Assembly: GCA_009692485.1 (NCBI GenBank)
Contig: SHZB01000001.1
Location: forward strand, 48,960-112,959
Direction of reading: 5' to 3'
DNA length: 64,000 nucleotides
Source: Myxococcales bacterium
GTDB taxonomy: Bacteria; Myxococcota_A; Polyangia; Polyangiales; Polyangiaceae
This document shows, piece after piece, positions 1-8,420 of the stretch. The position numbers and the translations under genes are program-made. The notes beneath the pieces were generated by a model. That model was not told the DNA's origin. It saw nothing but the letters and a program-made list of their open reading frames with translations, and ran no database searches. Within the stretch, counting starts at the first letter, position 1. Each line of letters opens with the position of its first letter.

Positions 1-451
1 CGTCGATGGCAGCTACGCCATAAGGCCATGGGAGTCCTTGGAAGGGCGCGCGTCCGAGCTGGCGTGGTTTCGACAAGCACCGCTCTGCATGTACGACGAA
101 GGCGTCGCGAACCCCGCGCTCGAGATGTCGAAGCTTGGCTGGGGAGCCTCGAGCGTGTCGGGCACGACCGTGATCCGGCGCTCGGCGATCGGACTCGACG
201 CGGACCGCAAGGTGTTGTTCGTGGGGATAGGCGACTTTCTCACCGGCAAGACGCTGGCGCATGCGATGCATCACGCGGGCGCGGCCTATGTGGCCCAGCT
301 CGACGTAAACTTCTCGTTTCCGAAGTTTGTGACCTACGACACGAACATGAAGGCCGTGCCACTCACCAAGCACTTCGAGTTCGACGAGGATGAATACGTG
401 GGCAAGCGGGCGGCGCGGGATTTCTTCTACCTCACGCGAACTGGCAATTAG
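1..451 (+). CDS. phosphodiester glycosidase-like protein, C-terminal fragment (5' end lies upstream of the window)
   Basis: The reading frame is open from nt 2 to TAG at 449-451. The peptide ...RRSAIGLDADRKVLFVGIGDFLTGKTLAHAMHHAGAAYVAQLDVNFSFPKF resembles the C-terminal part of NAGPA-type phosphodiester glycosidase domains. Family call from memory only. Confidence 0.45.
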   Translation, partial: VDGSYAIRPWESLEGRASELAWFRQAPLCMYDEGVANPALEMSKLGWGASSVSGTTVIRRSAIGLDADRKVLFVGIGDFLTGKTLAHAMHHAGAAYVAQLDVNFSFPKFVTYDTNMKAVPLTKHFEFDEDEYVGKRAARDFFYLTRTGN

Positions 452-558
452 CGCGTGATCGAGCCCATCCGTCGCCTCGCCCGCGTGCGCGAGGTCTTGG
501 TGCTCGGCGTCGCGGAGTAGCCCATGTATGGGGGTCTGCGCTTCGCGAGGCCCGCACG

Positions 559-1956
559 ATGAACGACTCGACGCACGCTCTCAGCGCCTATCTCGAACCC
601 GCGAGGTGCCCCGTTGCGCGCCCCGAAGTTGCGGCGATGCAAGCGCACACGCGCGCTCTTCACGATGGCGTCGACGCGCACATTCGCCGCGAAAAACAGG
701 CGTATTTGCACCCCGACAGCCGCACGGTGTTGCTCGATTTGTTCGGCTCGCGCGAGGTCATCGCGTGGCAAGAGGGCAAGGCCGCCTTCATGTTCATGGG
801 CGAGGGCTGCTGGTCGGAGCTGCCGCCGTTTTACGCGCGCTATGGCTCGGTCGAGACGCTCGCCTTGATCGCTCGCATGCGCCAGCTCGAGCAAGCGAAG
901 GCCGTGCTCTTGATGGAGAGCGGCATGCAAGCGAGCGCGCTCGTCATCGACGTCCTGATGCAGCCGGGCGCACACGCGATCGTCGGGCGGCAGATCTACA
1001 ACAAGACGCGCAGCTACCTCGAGCTGTGCGCGAAGAAGTGCGGCGGCGCGGTCACGGTCGTCGACGACGGCGACTGGGACGAGCTAGCAAGATCGATCGT
1101 GCCGGAGACGGCGCTCGTCTTGTGCGAGACCTTCACCAACCCGCTCGTACGCGCCCAAGATCCCGAGCGGCTCGGTCAGCTGGTGCTCGAGGCCAAGCGC
1201 CGCGCACGCTCGCTGAAGCTCGTCATCGACTCGACGATCGCGACCCCGTGGGGGATGAAGGTGCCGCTGCTTCGGACCCCCGGCGTCACCGCCGTCGTCG
1301 CCAGCGGTACGAAGGCGCTCGGCGGTCAGGACCGGGATGCGTGGGGATATCTCGCGACGAACGACATCGACCTGGCCAATGGCGTGATGGATTTGATGGC
1401 GATGCGCGGTGGGATCCTCGACTGGCGCCGCGCTGAGGTGATCCTCGCCGGGCTCGACGATGCGGAGCGACACCACGCGCGCCGGTGTCGATCGGCGGCG
1501 CAAATCGCGGCGTTTTTAGCGGCTCATCCGCGCGTCGAGCAGGTCAACCACCCGAGCCTCGCGGGCCATCCGGATGCCGATGTCGTGGCACGTCACTACG
1601 CGCGCCCGGGTTCGATGGTGAGCTTTCGCATTGCAGGCGCGGACGAAGAGCGCACGCGCCACTTCGCGGATGTGCTCGCGATGACCGTCGTCGTTCGCTA
1701 CGCGCCGAGCTTCGATGGGCTCACGACCAAGGTGAACCACCACAAGTCGGTGAGCGAATATTTCACGCCCCCCGAGCGGCTCGCGAAGGACGGCTTCGAC
1801 CGGCTCGTGCGGCTCGGCGTCGGAATCGAGGACGCGGGCGATCTGTGCGCGGCGCTGAATTGGATGCTGCACCACGGCGACTCGGTCACGGCGGGCGAAG
1901 TGCGCGCGTGGCAAGACCGGCGTCGCGCGGATTTGGGGCTAGCGGAGTCGGGCTAG
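559..1956 (+). CDS. Cys/Met-metabolism PLP-dependent enzyme (trans-sulfuration family, cystathionine gamma-synthase/lyase-like)
   Basis: 465-aa ORF with the PLP-lysine motif VASGTKALGG. Overall length and layout fit the family. Codon usage is coding-like. Confidence 0.8.
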   Translation: MNDSTHALSAYLEPARCPVARPEVAAMQAHTRALHDGVDAHIRREKQAYLHPDSRTVLLDLFGSREVIAWQEGKAAFMFMGEGCWSELPPFYARYGSVETLALIARMRQLEQAKAVLLMESGMQASALVIDVLMQPGAHAIVGRQIYNKTRSYLELCAKKCGGAVTVVDDGDWDELARSIVPETALVLCETFTNPLVRAQDPERLGQLVLEAKRRARSLKLVIDSTIATPWGMKVPLLRTPGVTAVVASGTKALGGQDRDAWGYLATNDIDLANGVMDLMAMRGGILDWRRAEVILAGLDDAERHHARRCRSAAQIAAFLAAHPRVEQVNHPSLAGHPDADVVARHYARPGSMVSFRIAGADEERTRHFADVLAMTVVVRYAPSFDGLTTKVNHHKSVSEYFTPPERLAKDGFDRLVRLGVGIEDAGDLCAALNWMLHHGDSVTAGEVRAWQDRRRADLGLAESG

Positions 1957-1993
1957 CGCGAAGTGTCGCGGCGCGCTTGTCGTTGACGGCGCG

Positions 1994-3169
1994 TCAATGG
2001 TCGACGGCGCGGGCGGCCTCGGTCCGTGGTGTCGTCCGCTCGCGCCAGCGAAAGCGCGGCAAAAAGCGGTTTTCTGCGCCGAGCACAGCGTCGGCGATGA
2101 GCTCTCCGAGGACCGGCGTGAACTTGAAGGCGTGGCCGCTGTCTCCCGCCGCGACGGTGACACCGGGCCGCTCGGGCACGCGCGCGATGATGAAGTCGCC
2201 GTCGAAGCTGTCGCCATAAAGGCACAGGCGGCTCGCATGCAGCGGGGCGTCCGCGAGGGCCGGGAGCGCCTCGGCGAGGAAGGACCGAAGGCGCGCCTCG
2301 AACGCGGCTGGCACGAGCCGCGGGGCGTCGAGCTCGACCGGAATTCCGGGGCCGTGGTGGGCGATCTTGACGAGGCCGTCGCGCGTGGCGGAGAAGCCGT
2401 ACCAACCGCTGCGTGCGATCTCGGCGGTGAAGGGAACGAAGTGCGGCGGACGAAATGGCGCGGGATCGGCGGGCCTCAACAAGAACACCGGCTGGCCAAT
2501 CGCGCGCACGCGGTCGGCGAGTTCGGGCAAGAGCTGACACACCCACGCACCGGTCGTGACCACGACGTGATCGGCCTCGATCGTCGTGCCGTCGGCGCAC
2601 TCGATGCCGGTGTGATCGAGGTGCGCGTGCCCTGGCAAGCGCCGCGCTCGAACACCCTCGCGTAGCTCGACGCCAAGGAGCCGGGCCTCCGCGATGAGCG
2701 CGCGCAGAACCTCGCCGCTCTCTGCCCAGCCGCCGACCGGATTGAAGTAGCCATCGAGGTAGCCACCTTCAGAAAACGCCGGAAAACGCGCCAAAATCGT
2801 GTCGCAATTGAGTCGCTCGAGGGGGTATCCGCGGGCCGATAGCAGCGTGAAGCTATCGTGCTCGAACTCGCCCGGCATCATCGCGGAGCGGGTCAGACAC
2901 ACGAGCCCGGTCTCGTGAAAGAGCGGACGCGGGCGCTCGGAAGTTTGCGCGCGCCATCGCGTGAGCGCGAGCTCCATCAGCTCGGTGTAGAGGACGTCAC
3001 CGCCGTAGTCGGCGCGGATCAATTTGCTGACGTCGTTCGAGGCGGCGTCGGCATGTGGAAGTGGCCCCGGGTCAACGAGCACCACCTCGTGACCGCGACG
3101 GCGAAGCTCGAGCGCGGCGCTCAGCCCGAACGCACCGGCGCCGACGACGAGAATGCGCGACGAGGCCAT
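1994..3169 (-). CDS. FAD-dependent oxidoreductase (DAO / sarcosine-oxidase-like)
   Basis: 391-aa ORF. N-terminal Rossmann motif ILVVGAGAFGLSAALELRRRGHEVVLVD. ATG at 3169. Confidence 0.8.
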   Translation of the reverse strand: MASSRILVVGAGAFGLSAALELRRRGHEVVLVDPGPLPHADAASNDVSKLIRADYGGDVLYTELMELALTRWRAQTSERPRPLFHETGLVCLTRSAMMPGEFEHDSFTLLSARGYPLERLNCDTILARFPAFSEGGYLDGYFNPVGGWAESGEVLRALIAEARLLGVELREGVRARRLPGHAHLDHTGIECADGTTIEADHVVVTTGAWVCQLLPELADRVRAIGQPVFLLRPADPAPFRPPHFVPFTAEIARSGWYGFSATRDGLVKIAHHGPGIPVELDAPRLVPAAFEARLRSFLAEALPALADAPLHASRLCLYGDSFDGDFIIARVPERPGVTVAAGDSGHAFKFTPVLGELIADAVLGAENRFLPRFRWRERTTPRTEAARAVDH

Positions 3170-3183
3170 ACCTACTTCTCTAG

Positions 3184-3295
3184 TGTGCCCATCACCCTGC
3201 GTCTTTCACGCTGTGCCCATCACATCGCGTCGTTCACGCAGTGCCCATCCCGCTGCGTCGTTCACGCAGTGCCCATCACATCGCGTCGTTCACAC
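3184..3295. repeat. 4 x 28-bp tandem direct repeat (consensus GTGCCCATCACATCGCGTCGTTCACGCA) in a divergent intergenic region
   Basis: Units at 3184-3211, 3212-3239, 3240-3267 and 3268-3295, read directly from the sequence. On the minus strand they parse as chained mini-ORFs (see findings). Confidence 0.95.
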
Positions 3296-3376
3296 TGCCT
3301 CTTGACGTTGGGCAATTGCCCGGAGGAGGGGCGCGCTGTAAGAGCCGACGCGAGGCTGAGGCGGACGGACGACAGC

Positions 3377-3781
3377 ATGACGAACGACAGCATGACGAAC
3401 GACACGAGCGACGGCGAAGTGCAAGAGGGCGCGACCGAGGGCGAAGTGCAAGAGGGCGCGACCGAGGGCATCAAGCCGGCGGGTCGCGAGCTGACCGGAA
3501 AACAGCGGCGGCACTTGCGCGCGCTCGGCCATCACCTCGTGCCGCTCGTGCAGGTGGGCAAGGGCGGCGTCACTTCGGGCGTGGTGGCCTCGGTGCGGGC
3601 GGCTCTCCTTACGCATGAGCTGGTGAAGGTGAAGCGTAGCGGCGAGTGTCCGGCGAAGCGGGCGGACATCGCGGTGGAGCTTGCGAGCGCGCTCGGCGCG
3701 GCGATCGCCCAGGAGCTTGGTCACACGATCTTGTTTTACAAGCGCCACCCGAAGAAACCCGTCATCGTCTTGCCGCGCTAG
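3377..3781 (+). CDS. yhbY: ribosome-assembly RNA-binding protein YhbY (CRM/CRS1-YhbY domain)
   Basis: The C-terminal ~97 aa are LTGKQRRHLRALGHHLVPLVQVGKGGVTSGVVASVRAALLTHELVKVK...GHTILFYKRHP, which is the YhbY fold. Start set at the first ATG (3377). The upstream part of the 307-aa track ORF lies in the repeat region. The N-terminus carries 15-bp x2 and 27-bp x2 in-frame repeats. Confidence 0.8.
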   Translation: MTNDSMTNDTSDGEVQEGATEGEVQEGATEGIKPAGRELTGKQRRHLRALGHHLVPLVQVGKGGVTSGVVASVRAALLTHELVKVKRSGECPAKRADIAVELASALGAAIAQELGHTILFYKRHPKKPVIVLPR

Positions 3782-3799
3782 CTCGCTGAGGTTTGCGCG

Positions 3800-6061
3800 A
3801 TGCTTCGAGCGAAACGAATCACCTGCGTCGGCGCGGGACCCGCGGGGCTGTATCTCGCGGCGCTCTTGAAGAAGCGTGCGCCCGAGCTCGACATCGAGGT
3901 GGTGGAGCGCAATCGCGCCGGCGAGACCTTCGGGTTTGGTGTCGTGTTTTCGGACGCGACGATGCACCACCTCGCGGCGGCCGATCCGGAGACGCACCAG
4001 GCGATCACGTCGTCCTTTTGGCACTGGGACGACATCGACACGTACTGGAAGGGAACGCGCCGGCGCTCTACCGGTCACGGATTTGCGGGTGTTTCGCGCA
4101 AGCGGCTGCTCGAGATCCTTGCTGGGCGTTGTCGAGAGCTTGGGGTCTCGCTCCGCTTCGGAGAAGAGGTGACCGACCTCGACGCGCTCGATGCTGAGTG
4201 TGACTTGCTGGTCGGCGCCGATGGTGCGGCGAGCCTCGTGCGCGCGCGCTGGGCCGAGGCCTTCGCGCCGACGGTGGACGAGCGGCCCAATCGCTTCGTG
4301 TGGCTCGGGACGACGTATCCCTTCGATGCGTTCACGTTCTATTTCAAAGAGAACGCGCACGGCTTGTTCCGCGTGCATGCGTACCGATACGAGCCGGGCC
4401 TCTCGACCTTCATCGTCGAGTGTACCGACGAGACCTTCGCCGCAGCGGGGCTCTCGGTCCATGACGAAGAGCGCACGGTCGCGTACATCAGCGAGCTCTT
4501 TCGTGAGGAGCTTGGCGGCCATCCGCTACAACGAAATCGCTCGATTTGGCGGCGATTTCCGACGATTTCGAACGAGCGTTGGCACGACGGCAAGCGCGTC
4601 CTCATCGGCGACGCCGTGCACACCGCGCATTTTTCGGTCGGCAGCGGCACGAAGCTCGCGATGGAGGATGCGATCGCGCTCGCGGACTGTCTGCACGAGG
4701 GCGGCACGCTCAAAGAGCAGCTCGACAGCTACGAGCAGCGGCGACGCGCGGACGTGGCGGCGGTGCAGCGGGCCGCGCAGCAGAGTCTCGAGTGGTTCGA
4801 GCACGTCGAGCGTTATCGCGAGATGGCCCCGGTGGAGTTCGAGTTCAGCATGCTGACGCGCAGCCTGCGGGTCACGCACGAGGGGCTGAAACAGCGCGAT
4901 CCGGCGCTCGTTCGCGAGCTCGACGCGTGGTTTGCGAAGCGCGCGGCCGACGCCACCGGACGCGACGTGCCGGCCGACACGCCGCCGATGTTCACGCCGC
5001 TTCGGCTGCGCGAGCTCGTCTTGGAGAACCGCGTCGTCGTGTCACCGATGTGCCAATACAGCGCGAACGACGGCCGCATCGACGACTGGCATTTGGTTCA
5101 CCTCGGGAGTCGCGCGGTCGGAGGCGCGGGCCTCATCGTCACCGAGATGACCGACGTGAGTCCCGAGGGTCGCATCACGCCGGGGTGCGCGGGCATGTAC
5201 CTCCCCGAGCACGTCACCGCTTGGCGGCGCGTCACCGAGTTCGTCCACGAGCACTCGTACGGCAAGCTCGCCATGCAGCTCGCGCACGCCGGTCGCAAAG
5301 GTGCCACCAAGCGCATGTGGGACGGTATGGACATGCCGCTCGACACCGAAGCGTGGCCGATCGCGTCGAGCTCGCCGATCCCGTATTTGCCCGTGAGCCA
5401 GGTGCCGCGTGAGCTCACGCGCGCGGACATGGTGCTCGTGCGAGACGACTTCGTGCGCGCCGCGGAGATGGCCGACGAGGCCGGGTTCGACATGCTCGAG
5501 CTCCACTTCGCGCACGGCTATCTGCTCGCGTGTTTTCTCTCGCCGCTCACGAATCGGCGCGAGGACGAGTACGGCGGCGCGGTCGAGAATCGCCTGCGAT
5601 TTCCGCTCGAGGTCTTCGATGCGGTGCGCGCTCGCTGGCCGGCGCACAAACCGATCAGCGTGCGCATCAGCGCGACGGACTGGGTCCACGGCGGCAACGA
5701 CGGGGACACGGCGGTGGTGATCGCGCGGACGCTGCATGCCCATGGCTGCGACATCCTCGACGTGTCCGCGGGCCAGACCGTGCGCGAGCAGCGGCCGAAA
5801 TATGGGCGATTGTTCCAAACGCCGTTCAGCGATCGGGTGCGTCACGAGGTCGGGATCCCGACGATGACGGTGGGCGCGATCTCGAGCTACGCGGACGTGA
5901 ACAGCATCTTGGCCGCGGGCCGCGCCGATCTCTGCATGCTCGCGCGCGCGCACCTCTTCGATCCGTACTGGACCCGCCACGCCGCGTACGAGCAGGGTCA
6001 CCGCCTGCCCTGGCCGAAGCAATACGCGAGCCTCGAGAAGTACACGCACCGCTTCAAGTGA
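3800..6061 (+). CDS. fused FAD monooxygenase / Old-Yellow-Enzyme flavin oxidoreductase (salicylyl-CoA 5-hydroxylase-type bifunctional protein)
   Basis: 753 aa. The N-half has [17 protein letters not shown] and [22 protein letters not shown] (aromatic-ring hydroxylase). The C-half has VVSPMCQY and [25 protein letters not shown] (OYE/NADH:flavin oxidoreductase). Confidence 0.75.
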   Translation: MLRAKRITCVGAGPAGLYLAALLKKRAPELDIEVVERNRAGETFGFGVVFSDATMHHLAAADPETHQAITSSFWHWDDIDTYWKGTRRRSTGHGFAGVSRKRLLEILAGRCRELGVSLRFGEEVTDLDALDAECDLLVGADGAASLVRARWAEAFAPTVDERPNRFVWLGTTYPFDAFTFYFKENAHGLFRVHAYRYEPGLSTFIVECTDETFAAAGLSVHDEERTVAYISELFREELGGHPLQRNRSIWRRFPTISNERWHDGKRVLIGDAVHTAHFSVGSGTKLAMEDAIALADCLHEGGTLKEQLDSYEQRRRADVAAVQRAAQQSLEWFEHVERYREMAPVEFEFSMLTRSLRVTHEGLKQRDPALVRELDAWFAKRAADATGRDVPADTPPMFTPLRLRELVLENRVVVSPMCQYSANDGRIDDWHLVHLGSRAVGGAGLIVTEMTDVSPEGRITPGCAGMYLPEHVTAWRRVTEFVHEHSYGKLAMQLAHAGRKGATKRMWDGMDMPLDTEAWPIASSSPIPYLPVSQVPRELTRADMVLVRDDFVRAAEMADEAGFDMLELHFAHGYLLACFLSPLTNRREDEYGGAVENRLRFPLEVFDAVRARWPAHKPISVRISATDWVHGGNDGDTAVVIARTLHAHGCDILDVSAGQTVREQRPKYGRLFQTPFSDRVRHEVGIPTMTVGAISSYADVNSILAAGRADLCMLARAHLFDPYWTRHAAYEQGHRLPWPKQYASLEKYTHRFK

Positions 6062-6137
6062 CGGCCGCGTGCCGGTCGTCGCGGCGCGAGTTGCGCTACC
6101 CCAGAAACGCGATGGACGTGGCCTTGCGCGGGCAGTT

Positions 6138-6223
6138 GGTCCTCGATTCGCGCCGAGCGAAAAAGTAGAACCACGCGCATGGTCCTCGATTTGCGCGGCG
6201 CGAAAAAGTAGAACCACGCGCAT
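6138..6223. repeat. 2 x 43-bp tandem duplication ending on the start codon of the aldo/keto reductase gene
   Basis: Units 6138-6180 and 6181-6223 (GGTCCTCGAT(T)TCGCGC..GCGAAAAAGTAGAACCACGCGCAT). Each unit ends in ..CGCGCATG. The first ATG (6179) opens a 10-codon uORF, MVLDLRGAKK-TAG (6179-6211). Confidence 0.9.
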
Positions 6224-7067
6224 GACGGCTGCGAGCACACAGGAACACGGGCCGCTCCCGACCATGATGTACGGGACCGCGTGGAAAGAGGAGCGCACGG
6301 CGGGGCTCGTCCTTTTGGCGCTGCGCGAAGGCTTCGACGCCATCGACACCGCCAATCAGCGCAAGCACTACTTCGAGGCTGGAGTCGGGAGTGCGGTCGC
6401 GGAATACCTCGCGGAGACGGGTCGGACGCGCGGCGAGCTATTTCTCCAGAGCAAATTTACGTATGCGCGCGGACAAGGTCAGTGCCTGCCCTACGATCCG
6501 CGGGCGGAGGTCGGGGTGCAGGTTGCGCAGTCGTTCGCGAGCTCGCTCGAGCATCTCGGGACGAGCTACCTCGACTCGTTCGTGCTGCACGGGCCGGCGA
6601 CTGGCTACGGGCTCACCGACGATGACGTGGCCGTGTGGCGTGCGATGGAGGAGCTGCAGCGTGCGGGAAAGTGCCGTTTTCTCGGCGTCAGCAACGTGTC
6701 GCTCGAGCAGCTCAGGGCGCTTCTGCGCGCCTCCGAAGTGAAGCCCAGGTTCGTGCAGAATCGTTGTTTTGCGCGCAGCGGGTGGGACCGCGAGGTGCGC
6801 GCGATATGCCGAGCGCACGAGGTCGTGTACCAGGGTTTCTCGCTGCTCACGGCGAACCAGCGGGAGCTCGACAACGCGGAGATAAGGGCGCTCGCGGCAC
6901 GCCTCGGAGGCACCGTCGCGCAGCTGGTATTTCGCTTCGCCCAAGCGGTTGGGATGCTCCCGCTCACCGGCACTTCGCAGGCCGCGCACATGCGTGAAGA
7001 CCTCGCCGCGAGCGGGCTCGAGATTTCGCCGGCGGACCTGCGCATCATCGAGAGGCTCGCCGGCTGA
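6222..7067 (+). CDS. aldo/keto reductase
   Basis: 281 aa from ATG 6222. AKR-like motifs YGTAWKEE, IDTANQ, LDSFVLHGP and FSLLTANQ. The longer track ORF from 6069 runs through the repeat region. Confidence 0.8.
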   Translation: MTAASTQEHGPLPTMMYGTAWKEERTAGLVLLALREGFDAIDTANQRKHYFEAGVGSAVAEYLAETGRTRGELFLQSKFTYARGQGQCLPYDPRAEVGVQVAQSFASSLEHLGTSYLDSFVLHGPATGYGLTDDDVAVWRAMEELQRAGKCRFLGVSNVSLEQLRALLRASEVKPRFVQNRCFARSGWDREVRAICRAHEVVYQGFSLLTANQRELDNAEIRALAARLGGTVAQLVFRFAQAVGMLPLTGTSQAAHMREDLAASGLEISPADLRIIERLAG

Positions 7068-7120
7068 TCGGCACTTCGCCGCTCCTCCGGGGCCGCTCCT
7101 CCGGGGTTGTCGTCCGGCGC

Positions 7121-7198
7121 GGGCACGCTAACGTGACCTCTTTCCACCGCGTGCTCGACGGGCACGCTAACGTGACCTCTATCCACCGCGTGCTCGAC
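7121..7198. repeat. 2 x 39-bp tandem repeat upstream of the MopE-motif gene
   Basis: GGGCACGCTAACGTGACCTCT(T/A)TCCACCGCGTGCTCGAC at 7121-7159 and 7160-7198. It is preceded by a 14/15-bp x2 repeat (CCGCTCCTCCGGGG) at 7078-7106. Confidence 0.9.
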
Positions 7199-7228
7199 CC
7201 CCGCCGACCGTGCGCGCACGTCTCTCGA

Positions 7229-7744
7229 ATGGCTTTGCGGAGATTGCAAATGACGCCGAAAAAACAATTGCTGGCCGCTTTTGTGGGGTGTTTCGCGCTC
7301 ACCGGGACCGCGCATGGCTGCTACTTCAATCACCAACTGATCGGCTTCGACGCCGACGGAGACGGGTTCGACGAAGGCGCAGACTGCGATGACGAGGACG
7401 CGCGCGTGTTTCCCGGGGCAGGCGAGCAGTGCAAGGACGGCGTCGACAACGACTGTGACGGGTACCTCGATGCCGAAGATGCGGAGTGCGATCTTTCCGG
7501 CGCGGGCGGTGCTGGTTCCGGCGGCAGCGGCTCGGGCGGCAGCGGTTCGGATGGTGCGGGCTCGGGCGGCAGCGGCTCGGGCGGCAGCGGTTCCGGTGCT
7601 TCGGGCGCGGGCGGTGCGGGTGCCGGCGGCAGCGGCTCGGGCGGCAGCGGTTCCGGTGGTTCGGGCGCGGCCGGCAGCGGTTCGGGCGGCAGCGGCTCGG
7701 GTGGTTCGGGCTCGGGTGGTTCGGGCTCGGGTGGTTCGGGCTAG
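7229..7744 (+). CDS. secreted/lipoprotein with MopE-type putative metal-binding motif and Gly-Ser low-complexity tail
   Basis: N-terminus MALRRLQMTPKKQLLAAFVGCFALTGTAHGC (signal, lipobox-like). FDEGADCDDEDARVFPGAGEQCKDGVDNDCDG is the Cys/Asp motif common in myxobacteria. About 100 aa of GSGGSG repeats follow, ending at an in-frame TAG at 7742. Confidence 0.65.
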   Translation: MALRRLQMTPKKQLLAAFVGCFALTGTAHGCYFNHQLIGFDADGDGFDEGADCDDEDARVFPGAGEQCKDGVDNDCDGYLDAEDAECDLSGAGGAGSGGSGSGGSGSDGAGSGGSGSGGSGSGASGAGGAGAGGSGSGGSGSGGSGAAGSGSGGSGSGGSGSGGSGSGGSG

Positions 7745-8067
7745 GGCGGCAGCGGTTCCGGCGGCAGCGGTTCCGGCGGCAGCGGTGGAGGCTGATCCGG
7801 AAGGTCCCGAGGCGGCGCCTCGTGCGGCTGCGGCGGATTTGCGTGCTCGTGCGGCTGCAGCGAAGGTGTCGATCTTCCGTCGCAAGTCCGATGAGCTGGA
7901 GCGCTCATGGGCGCCGATTCGGGCCACCGAGTCACGCGAATCGCCTTTGAAGTTGCAATCTTTGCAAACTATGGCCCCAGCGGGCCCCGATGTTGCTATG
8001 GTCCCGCGCCCGCTCGGACTTTTATTCGGGCGGCTCAACGCAACGATCGATCAAGTAGGTGACTGGT

Positions 8068-8265
8068 ATGGCTGAAGGCACGATTAAGAAAATGACGGAC
8101 AAGGGATTCGGATTCATCACCACGGACAACGGTGCTGACATCTTTTTTCATATGTCGAATCTCGATGGGGTCCGCTTCGACGAGCTTCGTGAGGGCCAGC
8201 GAGTGACCTACACGGTTGGTCAAGGTCCGAAGGGCGCGCGCGCAGAGAACGTTCGCGTCGCTTGA
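8068..8265 (+). CDS. cold-shock protein (CspA family)
   Basis: MAEGTIKKMTDKGFGFITTDNGADIFFHMSNL... with RNP1/RNP2 motifs. ATG at 8068 is preferred over the upstream GTG at 8059. Confidence 0.95.
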   Translation: MAEGTIKKMTDKGFGFITTDNGADIFFHMSNLDGVRFDELREGQRVTYTVGQGPKGARAENVRVA

Positions 8266-8302
8266 CGACGAGAGCGCTCTAAAAGCGAAGCTCTTTTGCA
8301 GC

Positions 8303-8327
8303 GAAGCCGCCGGATTTCGGCGGCTTC
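8303..8327. terminator. GC-rich hairpin between convergent csp and ctaA genes (candidate bidirectional intrinsic terminator)
   Basis: GAAGCCGCCG-GATTT-CGGCGGCTTC forms a 10-bp perfect stem with a 5-nt loop. It is flanked by CTCTTTTGC upstream and CTGCGTTTGTGG downstream. Confidence 0.55.
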
Positions 8328-8354
8328 CTGCGTTTGTGGGCTCGAAATTCTGGG

Positions 8355-8420
8355 TGCTTCAGCTGGGAGCTCGCGATGCTTCAGCTGGGAGTTCGTGATG
8401 CTTCAGCTCGTGCTGAACTC
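8355..8420. repeat. 3 x 22-bp tandem repeat containing the ctaA stop codon
   Basis: TGCTTCAGCTGGGAG(C/T)TCG(C/T)GA units. The minus-strand TGA recurs at 8403-8405 (the real stop), 8381-8383 and 8359-8361, with a period of 22. Confidence 0.9.

Noticed and set aside
3290-4522. 410-aa minus-strand ORF
   Set aside because: It is antisense to yhbY and to the well-supported flavoprotein gene. It is Arg-rich with no recognisable motif.
6605-8038. 477-aa minus-strand ORF, with overlapping plus-strand ORFs 7389-8075 and 7486-7950
   Set aside because: The composition is Ala/Arg/Thr-rich and low-complexity. It is antisense or out of frame to the Gly-Ser repeat gene and the AKR 3' end. This is a typical high-GC shadow ORF with no motif.
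7800-8067. csp 5' leader region searched for a promoter and a cold-box-like element
   Set aside because: Several TTGCAA/TATGGT-like hexamers are present, but none has convincing spacing. I could not support a specific call.
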